Below are positions 38,771-51,134 of a stretch of 64,000 nucleotides of DNA, one piece after another. Origin of the DNA: Callorhinchus milii. Taxonomy: Eukaryota. Under the pieces are notes generated by a model, which searched no databases, was not told the DNA's origin, and saw only the letters and a program-made list of their open reading frames with translations. Positions within the stretch are counted from its first letter, which is position 1; each line of letters opens with the position of its first letter. The translations under genes were made by a program, and so were the position numbers. The stretch covers positions 18,168,001-18,232,000 of the forward strand of contig NW_024704743.1 in the NCBI RefSeq assembly GCF_018977255.1, written 5' to 3'.

Positions 38771-38876
38771 AGAGTCCCGGGACGTCCACCATACTGGAGA
38801 TGCCCTTGTCGCACAGGTCTAACTCGCCCTGGTTCTTCTTGCATTCCTCCACCAGTTTCTTCAGCGATTTCGACAT
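38771..38876 (-). CDS. RSU1: Ras suppressor protein 1, coding exon 1
   Basis: Encodes MSKSLKKLVEECKKNQGELDLCDKGISSMVDVPGL. CAG acceptor at 38882-38880 lies 3 nt before the ATG; GTAAGT donor at 38770-38765; phase 1. Confidence 0.95.
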
Positions 38877-39432
38877 TCTCTGCGCAGAGAGAGAGAGAGA
38901 CATTTTTTTTCTTTTTTTAAAAAAAATAAACGACCGAATAATTAATTAATTACAAAACGAGGAAGAGGAAGATGTTACCCAGAGCGACCACCCCTTTGGC
39001 CCCAGTGACTGACTGGACTGACTGACTGGATGGATGGATGTGAAGCTGTGGGGAGGTTACATTTAAAAGCCCTTATCGCTCAGGAGAACGAGGGAGTTGG
39101 CCCTCGACGGAGGGCCCTGAGGCTACACATACTTTTCCTCTTCGTCGGTTTATTTTCGTTGCAAGTTTTTTTTTGTGGGGGGGGGTTGAGGGGAGGGAGG
39201 GGGAGGGAGGGAGGGGGGGAGGGGGAGAGAGGAGGGCACATACTTCCTCGGTACAAACAAGCAGCTGATCTGACACACACACACACCCCCTCTCTCTCCC
39301 TCTCTCTCTCACACACACACCCACTCTCGGGGGGAAAGACTCTCGTTTAACGTTTAACAGAGAAATCGTTTTTTTTTACAACAAAAAAAAATAAAAACAC
39401 ACAATAATAAATTCAAACGTAGAAGCCGTTAC

Positions 39433-39650
39433 CCGACCTCTCCGTCTCCCTCTCCTCCTCCTCACTGTCCGTCTCCACCGGAACTGCCTACCGCCCGCCT
39501 CCCTCCCCCGTCACAACCCAACCCCAACCCCCAGGCCCTCCTCCCCCTGAGAGGCCGAACCGTCAGTCAGTCAGTCAGTGAGTCCGACCCTTTTCTTTCC
39601 CTCCCGCCCCTGAGTCAGCAGTCAGTCCCCTCACTGTCTCCCTCCCTCTC
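39433..39650 (-). other. RSU1: Candidate non-coding first exon of RSU1
   Basis: The acceptor just upstream of the ATG requires an upstream exon. A CGG|GTAACG donor at 39432 lies downstream of the promoter motifs. The 5' boundary is a guess. Confidence 0.4.
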
Positions 39651-40081
39651 CCTCTCTCTCTCAGGCTTTGGCTTTAAAAGGATATTTGCACTGGAGGCCG
39701 ACCTGAGCAGCGGCTGCAGCAGCCAATCAGGCGATTGGCAGCCGCCGACCAATCCGGCGACAGGGACAACAAGCGGCCAATCAGACCATAGAACTCGCCA
39801 GCCCCCTTTGAGCCAGTCAGCCAATCAGAACCAGGCAATCGGGGATGCCAGCTGCCACTCACCCTCCCTGCTCAGCCCCCCCCCCCCCCTCCTCCGCGCT
39901 TCCAGCCAATCCATGCAGGCGCAGGAGACTGCCAGCTTCCCATTGGTGTAGGAGGCTGAGCGCTGGTCCCACAGTGTCACTCCCTCCCTCACCTGCCATC
40001 CAGGTCTGTCTCAAGACTGACCAATGGGACAGTGCCTTTGGTCATCTTTCACCTTCCCACCCACCTCAGTTCCCATCAGAT

Positions 40082-40390
40082 GTCCTGTAGCTCAGTGGTT
40101 AGAGCACTCGCCTCTCAAGCGAGAGACTTGGGTTGGATTCCCGACAGGGTGAAACCCTGGGCAAGTTCCCTTACTCCACACGCCTGATAATAATCCCTCA
40201 AGAAAAAAAAACGATACTAAAATTGGTCACTTCAATCCACGACTGTTTGCGGGACACTGCTGTGCGCAATTGGCCGCTGCATTTCGCCCACAAATATACA
40301 GTATATTCTGTGAAGCACTTTGAGACGTCTGGAAGACGTGAGAAGCGCTATATCAAATGCAAGGATTATTATTATTATTATTATTATTAT
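40082..40390 (+). mobile_element. tRNA-derived SINE (short form)
   Basis: Full head and long (ATT)n tail; borders the RSU1 promoter. Confidence 0.9.
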
Positions 40391-41149
40391 CCTCAGCTCT
40401 GGTGCCCAGCCAGAAATGTCAAGCCAGTTGTGACATCCTCTTGCCACGAAAGCTGCTACATCAATGTAAATTGCATTGTGCTCATGGACACTCCACTCAG
40501 CACAGTCTGTATCCAGTCAGTGGTAACCATTAGCTGTTCTCTACTAGAGCTGACGAGGTTATCAGTGAGCGAATGACGGTTGCCACCTGTACCCCCTTGC
40601 CGGTTGCAAAAAAAAATTAATAATTTGGTCATCCCAACCACAGCTGTCTGTGGGGCACTCACTGCTCTGCGCATTTCATCCACAAAATATACAGTCAATT
40701 TACTTTACAGTATATTTTTGTGAGGAGCTTCGAGACGTCTCAATGATGTGATTAAGCGTTACATCAAATGCAAGGCTTATTATTAATATTGTTGTCAGCT
40801 TTTTATAGTGCATGGATGTGTGAGTGAGAGGGTGTGCCAAGGACAGAGACACAAGGTGAGAGCACAGATGCAGGATGGGGCTACAGTGCTTGACACGAGG
40901 TTGGGAGAGAACCTGGCAACACACATGTGTGGCTTTGTGCTGGGAAGGTCTTTGGATGAAAAGTAAACTAATGTTTGAATTTTCTTCCCCCATGTCCTCC
41001 TGTATAATACTTATACAGTAACAGAAGATCCCCTAAATACAGCTTATATTATTATATTACTGTATACCTATTTCTGGACATGGCTCTCTGTGTGGAGAGC
41101 AATGGGAAGAGAGTTGGAGAGGGAGGTAAGTGTATTTATATGCAACTAG

Positions 41150-42390
41150 CTTGGTAGAGCAGTTAATGTAGTTTATATGGAATTTCAAAAGGCGTTTGAT
41201 AAAGTGCCACATAAGAGACTTGTAAGCAAAATAGAAGGCCATGGCATTAAAGGCACAGTGGCAGCATGGATACAGAACTGGCTGGAAGACAGAAAGCAGA
41301 AAGTGGTGGTGAACAGGGTGAAGGAACAGAGAGACCTGGGGGTCATATAAGTAAATCTTTGAAGATGGCAGGACAGGTAGATAAAGCTGTTAAAAAAAGC
41401 ATATGGGATATTAGGCTTTATAAATAACGGCATGGAATACAAAAGTCAGGAAGTTATGATGAACCTTTACAAAACACTGGTTAGGCCTCAGCTTGAGACT
41501 GTGTTCAGTTCTGGGCACACACTTTAGGAGGATGTCAAGGAATTGGAGAAGGTGCAAAAGAGATTTACCGGGATGATACCGGGAATGAGGAGTCTTGTAG
41601 CTCAGTGGTTAGAGCACTCGCCTTGCAAGCGAGACACCTGGGTTCAATTCCAGGCAGGGCGAAACCTTGGGCAAGTTTCCTTACTCCACAATAATAATAA
41701 TATTATAATAATAATAATAATAATCCCTCCAAAACAAAAACAATAATAAATTGTTCATTTTCAGTCCACGACTGTTTGTGGGACATTGCTGTGCGCAATT
41801 GGCTGCTGCGTTTCGCCCACAAATATACGGTCAATTCACTTTACAGCATATTCTGTGAAGGGCTTTGAGACCTCTAGAAGACTTGAAAAACGCTATATCA
41901 AATGCAAGGATTATTACTATGATTATTATTATGAGGGACTTCAGTTATCAGGAGAGACTAGAGAAGCTATGATTATTCTCCTTGGAGCAGAGAAGGTTAA
42001 GAGGAGACTGAATAGAAGTTTTCAAAATTATGAGGGGATTCGATAGGGTGACCAAAGAGATACTATTTCCACTGGCGGGTGGGTTGGTAACCCGAGGACA
42101 CCGATTTAAAATAGTTGTAAAAGAAACCATGGGGCAGTGAGGAGAAATATTTTCACACAGCGAGTTGTTCAGATCTGGAATGCATTGCCTGAAAAGGTGG
42201 TGGAAGCCGATTTGATAACAACTTTTAAGAGAGAAGTAGATAATTATTTGGGTAGGACAAATTTGCAGGGCTATGGGGAGAGCGCGGTGGAGTGGGATTG
42301 ATTTGGACACCTCTTTTCAAAGAGCCGGCACAGACACGATGGGCTGAATGATGTCCTTCTGTGCTGTATAATTCTGTGATTCTATGATAA
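41150..42390 (+). mobile_element. CR1 LINE 3' part, internally deleted, with nested SINE
   Basis: FQKAFDKVPH-type and LEKVQKRFTGMIPG coding sequence; CR1 3' end with TTCTGTGATTCTATGA. Confidence 0.88.
41591..41930 (+). mobile_element. tRNA-derived SINE (short form) nested in CR1
   Basis: TSD ATGAGG at 41585-41590 and 41931-41936. Confidence 0.9.
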
Positions 42391-42449
42391 CTATACCTGT
42401 TGCAGCTATGCTTGCAACCAAAGGATCCAGTACGGAATGTAGATTATAA

Positions 42450-42745
42450 TGATAATAATTTGATATAGCGCGTCTTCAAGACATCTCAAATCGCTTCACA
42501 GACTATACCTTAAAGTGAATTGACTGTATGTTTGTGGGCAAAATGTGGCAGCCAATTGCACACAGGAGTGCCTCACAAACAATCTTGGATTAAGTGACCA
42601 AATTATTATTAATTATTCTTTTTTTGAGGGATTATTATTAGGTATATGGAGTAAGGAAACTTGCCCAAGGTTTTGCCCTGCTGGGAATCGAACCCAGGTC
42701 TCTCACTTGCAAGACAAGTGTTCTAACCACTGAGCTACAGAATTC
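42450..42745 (-). mobile_element. tRNA-derived SINE (short form)
   Basis: Family head, body and tail on the minus strand. Confidence 0.85.
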
Positions 42746-44602
42746 CTGATTCACAAACAGACATTTCATCTTCATCTATACTCATCTGGGAGGTCTCCTG
42801 TGGTAGGACTCAGGCTTTAAAAATGTAATTTTGTTGTTTCCGTGGCTTAGCTTCATTTGTTTTCTTTATTTTATTACCACCGGTTAACTACGTGTCTGCT
42901 CTGAAGCAGGATGCCACAGCGCCACGGTCATCTGGCCAGCCACAGGTGTAACTACAGTGAGTGGGTACATACGTAGGTGCTCTGTGACGTAGAATGCCAC
43001 TGCGCCACTTTGACTTGGGGGCCACCAGGTGTAACTGCAGTGAAAAATGCGAAACTGAATACAACTGAACGATAGGAGATACTTGAAAACAAATATGCCC
43101 ATGTCACTCCCAGTTACAAGACCTTTCTGATGAGTTATATATCATGTCTCTATGTCAATCGGTTATTGAGATCCTTCTTGACGCGCAGACAGATATCGTC
43201 GTTTTATTGGTATTAGTATATATAAGATAGATAGATAGAAGACAGACGTAATGTGTATGTGTATTATATACTTTCTATTATTATCTGCTTTTCATGGTAC
43301 AGTACATATGTGTTGTAAAAATGTAGGCCAAGTGCCAGTAGAGTTATATGATAGAATGAGTAGTGGCACTGTGCTATTTATGTTGATTTCTGTCTTAAGC
43401 AATATTAGCCGAGCAAATAAAATCTTCTTGTTCTATGCAAAAATATGGGGAAGTGCATAGGAATGAACCTCGAAAGGGAGGGTGGGGGGAAGGATAGAAG
43501 CACAGCAAAAGAAAGTTTGGAAACCTCTGAACTCTACTATTCATGTCTCGCCATTAACAGCAGCACTGAAATTGGTACAATGAGCACCAAACTAATAAGC
43601 AACCACATGGAATCTGTACCACTGGCACGCCATGTATGCCATTTCAGTGTTTAACAGAAGAGAATTGTGGACTCCACGACTTGCGACAGGCACGCAAGAG
43701 GAAGTGACACTGCCGAAGAAGCTTCACGCAGTTACTGCAGTGTGCAGCCAGAAGATAATAAGTCAAATTCAAAACAGTCTCCTCCTTGATTTCCACGTGT
43801 TGCCCACACTCATAATGGAACATGCAATGTACAGGAATGAGATATGTTCAATCCGGAATCAGACCATCAAAAATACTCTGTTCTAAACATGATTTCCGTT
43901 GGCTCGTAAATGTGGATTTAATTCTGCTTAGTAAATTTAAAGTGTAAAGTAGAACAACACTTTAGTAGATGACAACCTCTCAATTTGTTTACACTAACTG
44001 TTGTAATGTAGACAAATGTGCCAGGTAATTTAAAACAGTAACACAGATTATTTGTTACTATCACAGGTGATATATTCTCTTACCTTTTTAGACATGCACA
44101 TGGTTCTTTCTAGTCCCAGTTGAACCTCCTGCAAATCAAGAGAATTACCAGGCGTGTAATAACCTAAACCTCTTGCTTCCTTTCAACAATAAACAATGGT
44201 ACCGAGCCTTTCCGTCTGTCAGTGAAATGAAGTTGATACAGAAAGGTCAATTTTCTCAGAGACTTCCTGTTACTAGGCCACTGATAATGTTAAAGTGGCT
44301 CTAATTTTAGAGCCTGGTTATGTTTGGCAGCAACAGATGCAAGGATAAGGACCTTTTAGAATTGAAGCTTAAATGCTAGCAAAGTCTGTATGTAAACAAG
44401 AGCAAGGACATAAGAATGTAAGTGGATATTAGAATATGTTAGTAATGTTTATTGGAATTGTTACTTCTATTAATTCATGCCAATATGCTTTCCCTAAGAA
44501 TGTTAATATCCATTTAAGCAGCAGCATAAAATCACAAATCATTCAATATGTTAATTTCCACTCATGTTTCCAAACATTGGCTTAATTTTAATGGGAATGA
44601 TT

Positions 44603-44900
44603 ATCATAGAATCATAGAATATTACAGCACAGAAGCAGATCATTTGGCCCTATGTGCCTGTGCCAACTCTGTGGAAGAGCTACCCAATCAGTCCCATGCC
44701 CCTGCTCTTTCCCCATACCGCTGAAATCTTTTCTTTTTCAAGTACCTATCCAATTCTCTTTTGAAAGTTGTTATTGTATCTGCTTCCATCACCCTTTCAG
44801 TCAGTGCATTCCAGACCGTAACAACTCTCTGCGTTTAAAAAAAATTCTCCTCATCTCCCTTCTAGTTCTTTTATCAATTATCTTGAATCTATGTCCTGCA
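44603..44900 (-). mobile_element. CR1 3' end
   Basis: ATCATAGAATCATAGAA terminal octamer repeats; similar to 42060-42390. Confidence 0.8.
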
Positions 44901-47900
44901 GTTATGCTGCATGTTTAGAGACAAGGAAACAAAAGTATTTTCTACACATTATCTCTTTTCGAAAAGGGCATTGGAATGATGGTGGTGCAGGTTAGTTATA
45001 ATGCAGATGCAGGCTACCCTCATAAGGATAGGCCACTGGCCCATCAAGAAAATTTTAACATAATATTATTTAAAGTTTAATTGTACTGGGTACAATTTGA
45101 CAGTAGGTATTCTCCAAGCAGTGTTTTTTGCTATGTGCAAGTTAAAATTCTAACATCTATATTAATGCAATTTGTTGTTATTGTTACCTTACATGCTACT
45201 TTTTGCTCTGTGGATGTATTTTTAGAGATAATTGTGTTGATGCTCCTTAGATCTGAGCTGGCCACATGGTGACATGGTTGGCAACAGAATGTCAAATTCG
45301 AGTCAAGCTTCTGTGGGAGTCTCAGTAATCCAGTCCTCGCGCCTGGTGGTTCCTCAGTAATCCAGGGCTGATGACAGACCAGCTAGCCTGGCTAAGCGAA
45401 AGGTCTGCGAGGGGCAAATTGGTCATTGGTGGCAGTGATTCTTCTCACTTGTCTCATGTTAACCCTGAAAACAAAGCCAAAACAGGTAGGGTGGACCTAG
45501 CTGGTCAAGTAGCAGAAAGCTTGCCAGACAAAGAAAAACTGTTGATGTCTGGCAATCTGTATGACTCTTCCCTTCCTCCCACCACTTCATAACAATGTTT
45601 AGGGGAAGCCACCTGTACCCACCATTGGCTTATCCAAACATGTTTGTGAGCTGATGTGTAGGATACTGACATAACACAACAACAAAGTGTTAAACCAGTG
45701 TCCTGGGAACCAGAACTCAAATAGAAAACAGTTTATAGTTACACCAACCTAGACTTTCACGAGATCACCATTACAGCATCAAGCTGTTCTGGTTCAACCA
45801 CCTTTCCAGGCATTAATTATGCTCCAGGTAAAGGAATACTTTGTATCTATCCTGAAATTACTCTATGAACCCTTAACTTATGTTCTTTTCTCTATTTATC
45901 ATGAATCACACATCTACTGTGTTCCTCTCATTGTTCCTTATTATTTATGAATTGCCAGAGAATATTCTCATTGCCTGTCAATAAGTAACTCGTAAAAGTA
46001 ATTGATCATTTAATAAATATTGCATTAAAGCTATACTAAATGTACTGGTGTAACTTGGTAGCTCCAACTGAGTTAAGCTCTGTTTAAGCATCAATACACA
46101 CAGAGCTTTCTGCTCTACTGGCATCTGAAATGATAATAAATAATGATAATAAAGATCTGGTAATCCCCCATTAATTTTCCCCCTTCCTTAATAAATTGCA
46201 CTTGCCTTTAAAGGTAGACCTAAAGGTAGGATTGTTTCAGACTTATTTCCAAACTTTCTTTTCTACTGGATGCAGTTAGACTGCAATTATTCTACAACTT
46301 ATGCAAAGCTGAATTGATATGAAAGAACTTCCTTGCAATGCCTCACACTCCTTGCCTCTATTGGGTATGGCCATTATTATTAAGGCACCAAATCACACTA
46401 GTCTAATTGTTCCATTAGTTACTTTGGGACTGCCATATCTTGTACTGTAGTTGGCAGAAAAATGATTTAAATTTTCCTGAGCTAAATTCAATCATTACCT
46501 CTAAACAAGATACACCAATAGAGTTACCACTGACTCCAAAAACACAAGTGGGCTAATCCCAGTTTGTCTAACACCGGCACCTTCCACTGGTAGATATAAA
46601 CAGGATTGTTTCCTTTTTTTGGTCAGCTGAGCATCTGACACATGTGGAAATCCATCATCATTGCTTAACAGTATTTGGAATGGAATGAGCACTCCCTCCC
46701 CGGAGGGAGGCAATCTACTTACCCAAATCCAAGAGTATCAGGTGCATGTTGGCAAGACCCAAAGCTTAGAGAACCCAGCATTACTGAAATTTAAATAGCT
46801 AAAACCACATAGCTTTCGTTGACAAAATATAGTCAATTCACCTTACAGTATATTCTGTAAAACCTGTTGAGATGTCACAACGATGTGATGAGGCACTATA
46901 TCAAATGTGAGGATTATTATTATTATAGCTTGCCACTGAAAGCACTGTCTGGCAAGCTTCTCACTAGTTGTTTAGATAGGACCACCCTAGGGCTTTGGCT
47001 TACAGTTAACAGGAACTAAGTGGGAAGAATTGCAGGATTGTTTACCAGTTGTTGATGCTAGGAAGGGTGCACTGAGGTCACCCCTAGCATGCTCATACTT
47101 TATTAACTACTATCGATGTTCCTCTATATTCAATTGAAGATGAAACTAAAACCCTTGACCTGATTGTGGAAAACCAAACAGCATCTCAGCACCTGCATAT
47201 AGCTGGCAAATGCAGCCAGTTCTTTTAACCTTTAAAGAGCAAACTGTGATATCGGAAGTGTTGCCAATGTGAGGGAATTGATTAACTTAAAGTAACAGAT
47301 ATGTTACCAGGCAGTGCCACTTTGTCCAATTGTTCCGTTACTCTAACAATGTTTGGGAAAAACAAATATGAGCAATAGGTTAGAAGGAACTGTTTGAATT
47401 GGATATAGCATTGAATCAGAAAACTTTGTAGCTGTCTTGTAATTGTAATAAATTGCAAATACTCTGGCATATCTTGCAAATCTTTATACCAGTGAGTATA
47501 TAATGTCAGGTTAAAATTAAACTAAAGGGAAGATATTTTAAGTCCTGTATAACATAGAGCAAGCATCACCAATGTCGAAAGCAGAGTCCAATCGGAATAG
47601 GTAGAACAACTAGTAGAAGTCAAGGCAGCTTTAATGGGAGTTATATTTTACAATTAAAGGTTCAATTTCTTTTTTAGGGAACAGGATGCCATAAGGGATA
47701 CATGCGGATTCCCTCCAAAAGAAATGGAACTCAGTTGAATGATGCAAAATGCATGGCACCAAAAGTATGATTTTATCCCCGATTTTACTGATTTAGTCCT
47801 AATTTGCTTTCGGATGTGCTTCTAATTTTCAGAAATTTAACACATTTGTTTTCACTCAAATAATCCAAATCTTGGAGGGAGAGAAACCAACTGGATTTGC

Positions 47901-48129
47901 ATAGGATCCAGTCAAAGGGAGTAAGTTTTACAGGATATGATATCTTTTTTNAATGAAACATAATGCATAATGTCTATCAAATTGGGGAGGGATGAAAACA
48001 CCTCCAAATATCAGGGGCTGAGACGATAGTTTCCCTTGTGCAGTTCAGTAAATATAGAGATTATCGCCCACTAATGAGCACTTAAGTAGTAAGGGTCTAC
48101 ATGGCAGCAGAGAAAGGACAAATCAAAGT

Positions 48130-48505
48130 GATTCACACAATTTACTGTGAATTGTAGTGACTGAGTATTTTGTAGGCAAACACAACACTCAATTTGTGCA
48201 CAGCAATGTCCCTAAACAGCTGTGAAGTGAATGAGCGCATTCATTTGAGGGATTCTTGGCCAGGATACCAGGATAAGCTCCCTTCCATCTTTAACTAGTG
48301 CCATGGGATCTTTAATTATCACCTGAAGAGGACTTGGTTTCATGTCTCATCCGAAAGACGACACCTCCAACAATGCAGGACTCCCCCAGCACTGCTTTGG
48401 GGTGTCATCATAGGCTTGGGTTCCGAGTCCTGATGTGAGTGGGTCTTGAACCTACAATCTGCTAACTCAAGAGGCAAGAGTGCTACTTACCAAGCCAGAT
48501 GACAC
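48130..48505 (-). mobile_element. Near-complete DeuSINE
   Basis: Degenerate tRNA head, then GGAGGTGTCGTCTTTCGGATGAGAC...AAAGATCCCATGGCAC Deu domain. Further fragments near 8.9, 20.4, 26.9, 37.7, 50.5, 53.2, 53.9, 55.4-55.8 and 60.3 kb. Confidence 0.75.
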
Positions 48506-48617
48506 ATTATCAAATGAGCCAAATGGCTTTCTTCATTCAAACCTTTCTTGTGGTTTACCTTCCATACAGCTAGCTGCGTATACGATCTTGCACTGGTTAA
48601 TTATTGAATGAATGTTT

Positions 48618-49345
48618 CAACAATAACAACTTGGATTCATATAGCACCCTCCACACCGGACGGCGTCTCAGAGCGCTTCACAGTGACAGATCCTGGGGCC
48701 GAGCCAGGGGGAGGGGGATGAAGGTGACCAAAGGCGCGGTCGAAAAGAAAGGTCTTCAGTAGAGACCTGAAAATAGGAAGAGAGGGGACAAGGTGAAGGG
48801 TGTGAGGAAGGGAGTTCCAGAACCTCGGGGCATAGTGGCTGAAGGCACGGCTGCTGAGGGTGGAGCGGAGGGCTTGGGGGAAAGGAGGAGGCCAGACCGA
48901 GAGGAACGGAGGCAATGGGCACTGTTTTGAGGAGAGAGGTCAGAGAGATGGGTGGGGGGGAGGGGGAGCTGCAGAGGAGTGGACGGATTTGAAGACAAGG
49001 ATGAGGATCTTGATGTTGATCCTCTCTGGGACAGACAGGCAGTGCAGTCTGGCAAGGACTGGGGTGATCGGGGAGTGGAGTTTGGTGCGGTTGAGAATGT
49101 GGGCGGTAGAGTTTTGAATCTGGATTTTGTGGATAATGGTGGATGGAGGCCGGCGAGGAGGGCGTTACAATAGTCCAGCCGAGAGGTGACAAAGGCATGG
49201 ACCAGTGTTTCAGCGGCTTTCGGAGAGAGGTATTGGCAGAGACGGGCGATGCGTCAGAGATGGAAGAAAGCAGTACTGGTGAGGGACCGGATGTGGAGGA
49301 GGAAGGAGAATTGGGGGTCGAACCTGACACCTAGGTTGCTCACTA
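48618..49345 (-). mobile_element. L2 LINE 3' fragment
   Basis: RAFSHYAPRFWNSLP...[14 protein letters not shown], followed by a stem-loop tail. Confidence 0.88.
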
Positions 49346-49372
49346 TAATGATTCACAAAAACCTATCAGGTT

Positions 49373-49378
49373 TTTATT
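49373..49378 (-). terminator. Candidate CUBN polyadenylation signal
   Basis: First canonical AATAAA I found on the minus strand after the stop, about 660 nt downstream. Confidence 0.4.
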
Positions 49379-50036
49379 AATATATTTTAATAGGGAGAAT
49401 AATTTTTCATTTGATATTACTAATTGTGGATCAATGCCAGTCACTGGCACTGACCATCATATTATTTATCTTAAACAGCAAATTCTACAACCAGAAAACT
49501 TATTGCAATGTAATTCTCAAATAAGACCATCTGTGATACAAGCAATTAAGAAACTTTTGTTTGCTCTGATGATACAGAATTACCATTGAAATGTAATCCA
49601 TTGATAGCTCAACTATTTAGTTCACATGCTCCCCTCCTTCCACACATTCAGTTTCATTTAATTTCACATTTGTACCAAAATGTACTAGTTTCACATTTTG
49701 TGCTTTCTTCTAAATTTATCACTTCTTTCAATGTGTCTATCCTTTCACAATTCCCTTTTCACTTAGACTCCCTAACCTCTTTCCTCTATGATCAGGAATT
49801 ACATTTCTCCCATCCTGCTGTTCAGAACTGCTAGGACTATCTACCTATACTGATCTCAATACAAAGACATTCTGTACACTTCTGCAAAGCAAGGTTTACA
49901 GATGAATTTGGCAAATCTTCAGGTCAGTCATAGCTGCTAAATAGTTGTCTGCAAAATGCATTTTTGTCAGTTTAACAAAACAAATTACTGAAATAAACTT
50001 ATTGTATTATATTGTGTAAAATCCTGTAGGTGTAAT

Positions 50037-50141
50037 TTAACTGGTCCATAGTATTCTGAATTTGGAGGATGGAAATGCGTCCTCCGCATGGAATTTCACA
50101 AAGACATTGGAAGAAGAAGAAGTGAAAGTCGCAATAGTATC
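50037..50141 (-). CDS. CUBN: Cubilin terminal coding exon
   Basis: Encodes DTIATFTSSSSNVFVKFHAEDAFPSSKFRILWTS then TAA, matching a cubilin-type C-terminus; polypyrimidine tract plus CAG acceptor. Confidence 0.93.
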   Translation of the reverse strand, partial: DTIATFTSSSSNVFVKFHAEDAFPSSKFRILWTS

Positions 50142-50904
50142 CTGTAAGAAAAGGAGGGAAACCTTTGTCAGAAACATACTGCAAGTTCTTATAGATCAAA
50201 CAGTACAGTATTGCCAGAGAATGCCATTAAGAACATAGGAATGCTTGGAATTGAGGAAATGCCCCTGCAATCAACATTTTGCTACAAATCTTTTCTTGTG
50301 AATTATCCAATTGAGTACACCCACTGGCTAAAATTCTTTACCACTTGACTTCTGATCATTTGTTTATTATTGAGATACCAAATAGCAAGAGTGGCCTGCT
50401 AACTGAATGCAGCTGTCTAGTTCCCTAATACACACCCTTTCGTGTTAGCAATCCTATCAATTGAGAAAAATTCCATCTAGGTCAAGATTTACACTATTTA
50501 TGTAGCCCTTTAGACTGTCCAGAAGGGAGGAGGTCATGCCCTGGGATCTTCACTGTGCACCTGAACAGACATAGGATCTCAGTTTAACATCTCATCTGAA
50601 GGATGGTACCTTCAACAATGCAGCACTCCCCAGCTTTGCACCAGAAAGTCAGCCTAGACTACGACTTTCCAGTACCAAATGTGGGATTTGAACCTACAAC
50701 GTTGACCTAGAGGGGAGAGTGCTAACAACTGAACCAGGCTGATGCACTACAGATACCTTCTCATGACATAATTACTTAGCGTCCAAATTCACCCTCAGCC
50801 TCTAAAAGCTAGACAATTTTGTGGATTTATTAGTGATAGAATAAAATGTCAATGGAATATGAATAGAGGGAATTAGATTATTGACAAACATTTTTTCTAC
50901 CTAC

Positions 50905-51134
50905 CGTTTCGCAGTATGATTTAATAAGTTTTGAGCTGGAATCCACACCATCATAGAAATTTAGGTAGGTTTTCTTGCACTCCCCATCAATACTCAAGAC
51001 TGGGAAATTGAATGTTATGACTCGTCCTACTGGTGCCTGAATGATCCATTCACAGACAGTGTTGTCATAATGGTCCTCAGGGTAGTTAGGGCTGTAGAAG
51101 GAACCACTGGGTCCATATAGTGTTCCACCACACT
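50905..51134 (-). CDS. CUBN: Cubilin penultimate exon, last CUB domain
   Basis: Encodes (E)CGGTLYGPSGSFYSPNYPEDHYDNTVCEWIIQAPVGR...YDGVDSSSKLIKSYCET; CAG/GTAGGT boundaries. Confidence 0.95.

Larger units (their letters stand above)
38560..40030 (-). promoter_or_regulatory. CpG-island promoter of RSU1 with CCAAT-box cluster
   Basis: GC/CpG-rich block in an AT-rich, CpG-poor background. CCAAT/ATTGG at 39723, 39734, 39749, 39777, 39821, 39906, 39942 and 40021; CCGCCC GC boxes near 39491 and 39604; TTTAAA at 39673-39678. Confidence 0.8.

Noticed and set aside
38679..38903. N-terminally extended RSU1 (MSLSLSAQR-MSK...)
   Set aside because: The upstream ATG lies in the (TC)n polypyrimidine tract before a canonical CAG acceptor, so it is intronic.
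47951..47951. Single N base
   Set aside because: Assembly ambiguity next to a T run, with no biological meaning.
48668..49330. 220-aa Ser/Pro-rich ORF, and the similar 177-aa ORF at 31538-32071
   Set aside because: These are alternative frames of C-rich L2 sequence.
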